NCBI GenBank assembly: GCA_965205955.1
Contig: OZ242192.1
Location: 1,541,118 to 1,605,117, forward strand
DNA: 64,000 bases
DNA from: Gammaproteobacteria bacterium
GTDB taxonomy: Bacteria > Pseudomonadota > Gammaproteobacteria > Eutrophobiales > Eutrophobiaceae
Direction: 5' to 3'
Shown piece after piece: positions 10,601 through 17,362 of the stretch. Made by a program: the position numbers and the translations under genes. Every line of letters begins with the position of its first letter. Position 1 is the first letter of the stretch. The notes beneath the pieces were generated by a model, which saw nothing but the letters and a program-made list of their open reading frames with translations, had not been told where the DNA came from and ran no database searches.

Positions 10601-11496
10601 TCGGCAGTCAGTTTTGGAACAGATAACGCAGTAGCATTCTTTATCATATTCAAATCCCGATAGCTAACCGTGCCGGTCAAATCAGCCAATCCGGCCTGCT
10701 CCCAATTGCTCCAGATTTTGAAACTGGAATCGGTCTGATCAATTTTTAAACCCGCAACGGGCAGAAACCGGTCGAGACGTATATTTTTGGCCGCCAGATA
10801 TATCTTCCCGGACCAGTTTGGTGTCAGCAGATCTCCATTGGCATCCAGTTTTACCTCCAAAAAATCGCCATAGACCCCGGGCAGCTTCGATGAAGCATCG
10901 ATTTGTACCCGATCCCTGTAGGTTTTGATATTCAATGCAACGTCGGCAAAGGCAATTGTATCCCTGCCGAGTTTCTCATCGGTCCAGAGTATTCGGGTAT
11001 CCTGCAGAGTAATGCTATTCTGACTCAGCAGCCATGAGAATAATTCCGGCGCATCGAAATCCTGTCCAGACTGCCCGGGCACTTTCTCATCTGCAATAAT
11101 AAACGCGCCTTCCTTAGTGCGGGTGAGATCCAGATACACCCCGGAAAGAATCAGCTGATCGGATATAATTTTTTTGAAGCGGAGACTTTTTAGCGGATTG
11201 ATATTTATACGCACGCTGTTGAAATGAGAAATAATGCGTTTGTCATCCCTCCCTGGAAATTTTATATCCGATAAAGAAAGCTGGGGCATCCATCCTTGCC
11301 ATCCGATATTTATTTCACTGAAGATGACCGGGTGCCCGATATATTCGCTTACCCGTGCCTGTATCTCATCGCGGTATGTGTCAACCTCGGTCAGCGCCAG
11401 TCGAATAACTGTCGCCGATACCGCCACGGCGAGGATTATTCCCGCAGTCAGATACCAGAGAAAATGATAAATGCGCTTAAAAAAATGCTTTAACAT
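7645..11496 (-). CDS. yhdP: AsmA-family outer-membrane biogenesis protein YhdP (TIGR02099-like)
   Basis: 1283 aa, N-terminal TM anchor, length and N-terminus typical of YhdP. Confidence 0.75.
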   Translation of the reverse strand: MLKHFFKRIYHFLWYLTAGIILAVAVSATVIRLALTEVDTYRDEIQARVSEYIGHPVIFSEINIGWQGWMPQLSLSDIKFPGRDDKRIISHFNSVRININPLKSLRFKKIISDQLILSGVYLDLTRTKEGAFIIADEKVPGQSGQDFDAPELFSWLLSQNSITLQDTRILWTDEKLGRDTIAFADVALNIKTYRDRVQIDASSKLPGVYGDFLEVKLDANGDLLTPNWSGKIYLAAKNIRLDRFLPVAGLKIDQTDSSFKIWSNWEQAGLADLTGTVSYRDLNMIKNATALSVPKLTADIYAKRVNEDDWSINVDTRELLTGNRSWPEANYAIRLQRDKQKNYGYSAWFEYLNIEDATDFMSAFSRKDSAISSFLNNYRIGGALQNFTISHFPGSEAADLFNYHATFSKSDFIEKGTNTAIYGLSGNLSGNAEQISATIDSEFVTIEAPSYLDDPIWFSAITGRFNWKKFDAFNKLEIPRFQVNTSDFPINLSGSLSFHADQASPFVDIVASSGKVKLEKISDYLPTQMPDKLKGWLSRLFYQGEINSAGMVFRGRPADYPFVKSEGVFKAVFDVENAGVEYYEGWPPIDGVDAEVLVSNSSLDVIPSAGKIYETKIERGQLSVDDFAADRPHVRIDSKFFGDIHDFTLFIEQSPLAEALSLDTVADFNVGGEMKFDLELDIPLKKTNDGSLAADGKIALVDADFSLNNARFSLQNITGSLGFTENSFTANGLDATYYSHPVKAGIHVGKDQPFTFTLQGRADNTFIADQIIAAYPAATPAMPDLQNLISGECEWIVELHKTQNGIDFSLASDMRGLGLDLPAPLGKTEAETRNMLFAGTFGESIISNIRFQYDAHADLSIDTTQEIPAASGKTAGGHSKLRIEGNIETLDVSKWLQVLSDYKDDAAGFKEYEAAINVATLFFLGNEFNNVELSVSSVPDGHKIGLGGESVRGEVFLPDTPLGPPATVDIERLVLSKNASDEESKIDLSPDSLPAFTIEIDTLIYDNIDFGKVDIKASKIDKGIKFEELSLSKASVVISGTGTWHKDPDKNISISVFNFDMYAADIGAMLNEYGYPDSSIEEGELSVALEANWDGTPMDFSLSKLDGVMQVDIGRGKLLDMSSTTSRLFGLLSLHTLPRRLSLDFSDIFGKGFAFNSINGSFNLEHGNAYTDGLIMQGVSAEIAISGRTGLSTKDYDQSAVVTLKISDTLPLAGATLLGLGTGVGAGLFIAGKLFDVVPKQLNKLLSHRYTITGSWDNPVVEPVRIKNEIQENETQGIKNLAH

Positions 11497-11922
11497 GAAT
11501 ATATTTCAGAGCAGGGCAATAGCATATTGTTCCCGCGGGCACACAGGCTCCGCTTGGAATGAGACCGGCGTATCAATCGATGATTCAAGTTCACTGCGCC
11601 GGTTGACCCACCATCCAGTAATCGTTTTTGAGTTGTTCAACCCCCCGCACAATTCCGCTGCATATTCTACACAAATCGTTTCCATTGATTTCATTATTCC
11701 TTCCGAGTGCAGTGAATTCGCTCATGGTTCTGTTTGAAAGATCTCTCATGCCGCATGCTTCTGCTATTATAGCGGATTGATACAGCGATTTTCGCTCGAT
11801 TATATCGCATTTCGCATCTGAATATCAGTCCATTGCTCAGGCACGGCTTGTGCCGGGAGAAGCGGGTGGATATCGCCTTGTATTCATCAAAAACGGGGGC
11901 GATACGGGTGGGGGATCACGAG

Positions 11923-12024
11923 GTTTCACTTACCCCACGAAACGAATCCCGCTACACTCCACTGGAAGAATGATTGCACAAGTCATATTTTTTTACTTAC
12001 CCTATGTAAAGTGGTTGAAATAAT
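11923..12024 (+). CRISPR. orphan CRISPR repeat (35/36 identical to the array consensus), a 30-nt spacer, then a degenerate repeat
   Basis: 11923-11958 reads gtttcacttaccccacgaaacgaatccCgctacact, one change from consensus. After 30 nt, 11989-12024 (ttttttttacttaccc...) retains about 11/13 of the repeat 5' end. Confidence 0.6.
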
Positions 12025-12038
12025 AATAGATAATTCTA

Positions 12039-12968
12039 ATGTCTCCGATTACAGATGACAGGGTATTAAAGCTTTTTAAGGCAGTGCCTTTTTTTAGTCA
12101 TATTGAAGATGATAAGGCATTGAGGTTTTTAAGAGAGAAGACTGAAAAAATCGTACTGGAAGCAAATTCCATGGTGTTTGATGAAGGTGATATTGGGGAT
12201 TATATGTATCTGATTCTGGAAGGAATGGTGGACGTATTTTTTAATGATGTGCAACCCGGGGGAAGAAGGTTACGAGTCAGTCTTGATACTTTAAAAGAGG
12301 GAAACTATTTTGGGGAGCGGTCTTTGTTGCCGGAAGGGAGTGGCAAGAGAGGGGCAGGGGCGAAAACTTTAACTAAATCAACTTTTTTGAAAATTGGGAA
12401 AGATGATTTTTTGTCCGCTTTGAAAAAGATAGAAATTGCGGGTTCTGCAGGAAAAAATACTCGTGTTAATTTAGATCCTGAAATAGATTTTCAGGTTATA
12501 GATGTGTTGAGGACACATCGGTTTTGTAAAAATATGGAAATGAATGAGATTATTCATTATCAAGGATGGGCTGATCCTGTATTTTTCAGATCTTCTGAAT
12601 ATCTTTTTAAGAAGGGAGATCCGAGTGATTGTCTCTACTTGGTGATAAATGGGATGGTTGGGATTTATTTTGCCGGATATGACAGGGTTGTTCATAATTT
12701 AGCTCAGTATTCTATGGGTGGTTATTTTGGTGAGCAAAGTCTTTTGTCTCATCATCATATTGGGTATGGGAAGAAAAGAAGAAGCGCCTCTGCAAAAGCA
12801 GAGATTAATTCTTTGTTGTTGAGAATTGGGGAAAGTCAGTTTAAAAAGATCTTGTTGCAAGATGAGAAATTGAAGGAAGCTCTTTTGATAGTTGGGGCTA
12901 AACAAAAATATCTGAGGGCGCTGAGATCGAGAGTTGGCAGGGTAGATACTCATAATAATGGTAGTTAA
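12039..12968 (+). CDS. protein with two cyclic-nucleotide-binding (CAP effector) domains and no output domain
   Basis: Two cNMP-binding signatures (GDIGDYMYLILEGMVDV...FGERSLL and GDPSDCLYLVINGMVGIY...FGEQSLL). GC is visibly lower than the flanks. Confidence 0.75.
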   Translation: MSPITDDRVLKLFKAVPFFSHIEDDKALRFLREKTEKIVLEANSMVFDEGDIGDYMYLILEGMVDVFFNDVQPGGRRLRVSLDTLKEGNYFGERSLLPEGSGKRGAGAKTLTKSTFLKIGKDDFLSALKKIEIAGSAGKNTRVNLDPEIDFQVIDVLRTHRFCKNMEMNEIIHYQGWADPVFFRSSEYLFKKGDPSDCLYLVINGMVGIYFAGYDRVVHNLAQYSMGGYFGEQSLLSHHHIGYGKKRRSASAKAEINSLLLRIGESQFKKILLQDEKLKEALLIVGAKQKYLRALRSRVGRVDTHNNGS

Positions 12969-13126
12969 GGGGTGGAGTGGTCAAGCATTTTGAAGTGATT
13001 CTATAGATAGACCAGTCCAACCAAAGAACCGGCACATATACAGCCCTGATGGTTGTACGCCCGCAGAACATGGTGGCGAAATGCAGCAGAGCGCCCCGCA
13101 CGTACTGAGTGAACGTATGCGCGGGC

Positions 13127-13558
13127 GTTTCACTTACCCCACAAAACGAATCCTGCTATACTATTTGTCACTCTCACTTATGCACCCGGCATGTTTCACT
13201 TACCCCACAAAACGAATCCTGCTATACTCCCTACCCCTTTGACTGATGCGGAACTTCTGTTTCACTTACCCCACGAAACGAATCCTGCTACACTAAACCC
13301 CTGGAACGGCCGCCAAGAGTTGCAGTTTCACTTACCCCACGAAACGAATCCTGCTACACTCATGATCCGATCCTCGACGATCCGTTTTGTGTTTCACTTA
13401 CCCCACGAAACGAATCCTGCTACACTGCTCTAACCACTATATCGCAGACCAGCGCGGTTTCACTTACCCCACGAAACGAATCCTGCTACACTCAGCGTCC
13501 AACATTCGTTCGGGCAACAGTTGTTTCACTTACCCCACGAAACGAATCCTGCTACACT
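13127..13558 (+). CRISPR. CRISPR array, 7 x 36-bp repeats (gtttcacttaccccacgaaacgaatcctgctacact) with six 30-nt spacers
   Basis: Exact repeat copies at 13259, 13325, 13391, 13457 and 13523. Repeats at 13127 and 13193 share two identical substitutions (ccacAaaacg, gctaTact). All spacers are unique and 30 nt. Confidence 0.95.
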
Positions 13559-13586
13559 AGGATTCGTCTTGTGGCTTGTTTTTATT
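13535..13586 (+). terminator. hairpin formed by the last repeat plus an inverted copy of its centre, followed by a T-tract (plus-strand intrinsic terminator candidate)
   Basis: ccacgaaacgaatcct / aggattcgtcttgtgg pairs 14 of 16 with an 8-nt loop, then cttgttttta. Confidence 0.45.
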
Positions 13587-13630
13587 GGGAAAATTTGTAT
13601 TTGCAGCCAGAAAAATTGCGAATTGGTCTA

Positions 13631-16600
13631 TCATTTTTCCGGCCCGGGGCAGGGTTTTAGCTTGGTATAAACGGCTTGTGTTTCAGCGCCTGCTTTATTT
13701 TTGAGATATGCCCCCCTTGAGTTAAGTTTTATAATTTGCCACTCGCCAGGTCTTTGGGGATTATCAATCCTTACCCAGTCTCTTTTGCGAAAGCTGGCAA
13801 TGCGCTTTGCGCCGCTTGGTATGTCTTTTTCATATCGAGGATTGAGCGGCTGCTTGCCTGTTGTCGCCTTGCTGCGATAATAAAATGCGTCAGTCTCACG
13901 AATAACTTCTTTTTTCGTTTTGCCCTTCCTGCCGGTTTCTTCATATTCAAAAACATGCGCCACCGCCCATGGATTTTCCTTGCCAAAATAATGCACAGCT
14001 TCCCCGCGCTTGATTCCATGCAGGTTTTTCGGGTCAGAGGGTTGATGAAGCCTGATGATCCGGGTACTGCGCACGTTCTTGTGATACAGGCAATGGTCTT
14101 CATTTTGTTTTAAAAACCAGTCGACCGGAATGCATTCTTCTTCCTTGGTAATCTCCAGTTCAGTAAAGGCAGCTTGCATTGCCTCGCGGATTTTTGTATC
14201 TCTTATTTTATCCAAATCTTTGTATGGCAGCCGGTCAAGCGGCACCCGCTGCAACACCTGCGGTTGCCCGTCTATCTTCCGCAAGCGCAACGGCTCGCGT
14301 TTGGTTTTAGCAACCGTGCTTTTGCTTTTGTTTTTTTTGTCTTCAATATACCAGTCGTCTCGTATAGTCGGAGCCTGCCAATCATTTTGGTCTGCATTCC
14401 ATTCACCGGCGGGGCAGGCTGTGTTGGCATCCAAAACGGGTATGACGGTTTTGTGCGCTTCTTGCCGGCGTCTGTTTCTGTCCCTGGCGTTGTTGTCGAT
14501 ATCCCGCTCCAAACGGGCTATTTTTTTCCAATCTATATTGGAAGCAATGACAATGGCATCCAGCGCATGATTGAATTTCCGAATCGAGTCGTTTTCATCT
14601 ATTTTAATCTCTTCGCCTTCCTTGCCGTATTTGCTGTCACGTATGCGAACCGGCCATTTACCGGTTTTTTGATGCTGCCGCAAAACCCATTTTTGAAAAC
14701 TCATATGCGGAAACCAGATTTTTCTAAAAAAAGCCGTCTCCCCGGCGCGGATATGGGGAAAAAGCTCGTTATCATCGTGATTTCGTCCCGTCTTTTCAGC
14801 CAGCACAGAACGCAATAATTTTGTGCCAAACATAGTTTGCCCCGCACCCGCCAGCATATCCTCGGGGAGACGGAACTCCCCATTTTGCAAGCGTTTTTCA
14901 ATATAGGCCGCCTTGTCAGGGTTGTTTTGGCGCAAATTATTTAAAACATTTTTATCGGGGGATAAAGAGAGATGTTTCCATTTTTCTATATTGCAGAGAT
15001 CATGCATTGCAACCTTGTTCAAGGCGGTATTGCCTCCGCCTGATTTTTTGGGAAACAGATGATCGGTGTGAATGTTGTATCCAAGCTGTTGGCCGCATTT
15101 GAAGCATAGCCCGCCTTGCTCTTCGGCCAATTCCTCTTTGTCTGAATCTCTTTTGCTTTGATAGCGTACCTTGTTTTTGAATTGGCGGCCTTCGGCAGCG
15201 GATAGGGCGGCAATATCGAAGCGCGCGCTTTCAATGCCAAAATGTGTGGCGTTTTCGAGCGTTGCGCCGTGCCTTCCGAGTATTTTTTCAACTTCTTTGA
15301 CGCAGCGTGTGATTTTTTGCTGCAAAGAGGGTGGGGCATCTGACAATACGGCCTCACTTCGGGCATTGATGCGTTGCCAATCATCGGTATTTGTGCCGTC
15401 TGGCCGGCGCAACAATTCCAGCCTTTTCTGTAAATGGTGGATACACATACTGGCACGACCGCCCATCGTGCCGGCGGCAATATCGCGCAAAATTTCTTTT
15501 TTGCTTTTACCGGTTTTCTCGCCATTTTCCTTTGGCACGCTTGGATTGCGGGGGAAGGTAAAAAAAGCATTCCAGTGTTCTTCCTTGATTATTTCATTTT
15601 TTTCTTTGGCTTCAAAATCAACACAGGCCAGCAATTCGTTAATCTCATCATTTGTATATTTGCGTTCAATCAGGTCATCGCCTCTTTTTTCACCTTTCAT
15701 GCTCTTAATCTGCCGTGCTTCCGCCTCAAAAACTATCTTGCGTAGATCGCCCCGGCCTCGTTTGGCAACGTTCTTGCCACAACGCTCCCCGCTGGTTGTC
15801 CGCACCGCGCATTTTTTCATTTTACGATTGGCAAAACGCTTTTTTCGGTATTCGTGCCCGATGATCGCCGGCGCCTGTTTTTTCCAGCCCTCTTTGATGG
15901 TCGCCTCGGTTTCTCCGGTCTTTTGCGCCAACACTTTGGCTTTTTCAATAACAGCCTCATCCGCAAAGGCTTCATCCATTCGCTCGTGCAGTTCCTCAAG
16001 CATTGCTTCACGATGGCGATTTTTATGTGGACGGTAAAGTTCTCCTTTCTTGTATAATTCTTCTCCCGACTTTAACCCCAACATAACCAGAATGTATTCA
16101 CTAATGTCTTTTCTTGCCTTTTCATTTTGAGGCGGTTTGCCCAGGCAGGCTTCGATGCGTTCATCTATCCAATCAGAAATTTGGTCACTATCAGCGTCTT
16201 CTATAATGCCTTCAATAGTGCCACGTTGGGCGTAAGCCTCGTCAAGTTGCGGGCTTGCCCCTTTCTTTTCCAGCGTTGTAATTTTCTTGAGGGTCTCGCT
16301 GTATATACCCAAGCATGAGCATTCTGCTGCAAGCCAGTGTATAATTTCAGATGGTTGGTCTGTGGCATCGCCATGTTCGGCAACTTCTATCGCACATTTG
16401 CAATTTTCTTCATCTTTCTTGAATTTTTTCACTGCACTTGCATCCGCGCCTTTTTTGGGGTTTTTGGGTGTGCGCTTATTACGCTTGACAGGTGCGCCAC
16501 TGAACATTAAAAATTCATCAATTCGGCGGACCGTAGGTGTGGCGTTGCCTTTATCGTCTGCCAGAATTTCGGAAATAGAGGCATAATCCCAGCCGCGAAA

Positions 16601-16918
16601 ATGCGCCAGCGCATACAGCCGATTGCCGATGAATTTTTTATCGTCTTTGCTGATTTTGCCGCCGCCACCCTTGCGCCATTCACCGCGCGGCTCAATGCCC
16701 ATGCCTTTGAGAAAGGCTTTAAAATCGCGGAGGCGTTTTCTTTTGCTGTCTTTACTGCGTCGCGCACTGCGGTTTTGGCGTCTTGTGCTCAGGTCGCCTG
16801 TTAATTGCTGGTGCTTAATGACAGCAAAATCCAGCACATCATTCTTGTCATTCAGTAGCGCTATTCCTGAATAACCATATCCAAAATCAATGCCGACACG
16901 AAACTCGTTCAGGGGCAT
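13631..16918 (-). CDS. cas9: Cas9-like RNA-guided nuclease (divergent, type II-C-sized)
   Basis: RuvC-I (VGIDFGYGYSGIALL), Arg-rich bridge helix (RRQNRSARRSKDSKRKRLR), RuvC-II (HFGIESARFDI), HNH (CFKCGQQ..IHTDHLFP..NTALNKVAMHDLCN) and RuvC-III (KFNHALDAIVIA) are all present in Cas9 order. It is adjacent to the 36-bp-repeat array. Confidence 0.8.
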   Translation of the reverse strand: MPLNEFRVGIDFGYGYSGIALLNDKNDVLDFAVIKHQQLTGDLSTRRQNRSARRSKDSKRKRLRDFKAFLKGMGIEPRGEWRKGGGGKISKDDKKFIGNRLYALAHFRGWDYASISEILADDKGNATPTVRRIDEFLMFSGAPVKRNKRTPKNPKKGADASAVKKFKKDEENCKCAIEVAEHGDATDQPSEIIHWLAAECSCLGIYSETLKKITTLEKKGASPQLDEAYAQRGTIEGIIEDADSDQISDWIDERIEACLGKPPQNEKARKDISEYILVMLGLKSGEELYKKGELYRPHKNRHREAMLEELHERMDEAFADEAVIEKAKVLAQKTGETEATIKEGWKKQAPAIIGHEYRKKRFANRKMKKCAVRTTSGERCGKNVAKRGRGDLRKIVFEAEARQIKSMKGEKRGDDLIERKYTNDEINELLACVDFEAKEKNEIIKEEHWNAFFTFPRNPSVPKENGEKTGKSKKEILRDIAAGTMGGRASMCIHHLQKRLELLRRPDGTNTDDWQRINARSEAVLSDAPPSLQQKITRCVKEVEKILGRHGATLENATHFGIESARFDIAALSAAEGRQFKNKVRYQSKRDSDKEELAEEQGGLCFKCGQQLGYNIHTDHLFPKKSGGGNTALNKVAMHDLCNIEKWKHLSLSPDKNVLNNLRQNNPDKAAYIEKRLQNGEFRLPEDMLAGAGQTMFGTKLLRSVLAEKTGRNHDDNELFPHIRAGETAFFRKIWFPHMSFQKWVLRQHQKTGKWPVRIRDSKYGKEGEEIKIDENDSIRKFNHALDAIVIASNIDWKKIARLERDIDNNARDRNRRRQEAHKTVIPVLDANTACPAGEWNADQNDWQAPTIRDDWYIEDKKNKSKSTVAKTKREPLRLRKIDGQPQVLQRVPLDRLPYKDLDKIRDTKIREAMQAAFTELEITKEEECIPVDWFLKQNEDHCLYHKNVRSTRIIRLHQPSDPKNLHGIKRGEAVHYFGKENPWAVAHVFEYEETGRKGKTKKEVIRETDAFYYRSKATTGKQPLNPRYEKDIPSGAKRIASFRKRDWVRIDNPQRPGEWQIIKLNSRGAYLKNKAGAETQAVYTKLKPCPGPEK

Positions 16919-17164
16919 ATCGTCCTCTCTTGGTTATTAAGTCTCTCCCTAACCCTTAAATGGAAACATTCACGTACTAGAGCTTGCCACTGGGAGAGAA
17001 TAAGGCAGGTAGACCAGTGAGCGCTTCCTGGGATTTTTTTCACTTACCAACATCACGGTATTATAGGCTCGGCAAGTTGTCAAGCCTCTCAAACATTCAG
17101 CAATTCCCCCGCATCCGGGTGCAGTCATTTGACATGCAGGCACAGGCTGGCTAGACTTTTCGTT

Positions 17165-17350
17165 ATTGGGTGCTCGGACGCTTTTCGGCGAAAGAGTTAA
17201 ACGGGAAGCAGGTGCGTCATCGACAAAGCCTGCGCTGCCCCCGCAACGGTAGATGAGTCAAGTTCAATTATTTGCGCCACTGTGCATGGCATGGGAAGGC
17301 GATTGAACGGATGCGCAGCATCACTCATAAGCCCGGAGACCGGCCCGATA
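17165..17350 (+). promoter_or_regulatory. cobalamin (AdoCbl) riboswitch
   Basis: GGGAAGCAGGTGCG...GCTGCCCCCGCAACGGTAGA...GCCACTG...GGGAAGG core and the B12-box AGCCCGGAGACCGGCC sit immediately upstream of the TonB receptor. Confidence 0.8.
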
Positions 17351-17362
17351 ATCATTTATTGA

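Noticed and set aside
11471-11737. 88-aa and 62-aa ORFs in the yhdP-CRISPR gap considered as a missing cas2 or small cas gene
   Set aside because: They overlap the yhdP start region on the wrong strand or frame, and lack Cas2-like features. Most likely they are non-coding.
13631-16918. Possibility that the nuclease is an IscB/IsrB- or TnpB-type transposon nuclease rather than Cas9
   Set aside because: At 1095 aa it carries an internal HNH flanked by RuvC-II and RuvC-III, with a large REC-sized insertion after the bridge helix and a long C-terminal domain. It sits beside a bona fide array. No transposon ends or omega-RNA-like structure were seen.
17032-17060. An 11-nt repeat match upstream of cas9, interpreted as an additional CRISPR repeat
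   Set aside because: It is too short, and no spacer-repeat periodicity surrounds it. It is kept only as a possible regulatory or anti-repeat element (see the tracrRNA finding).
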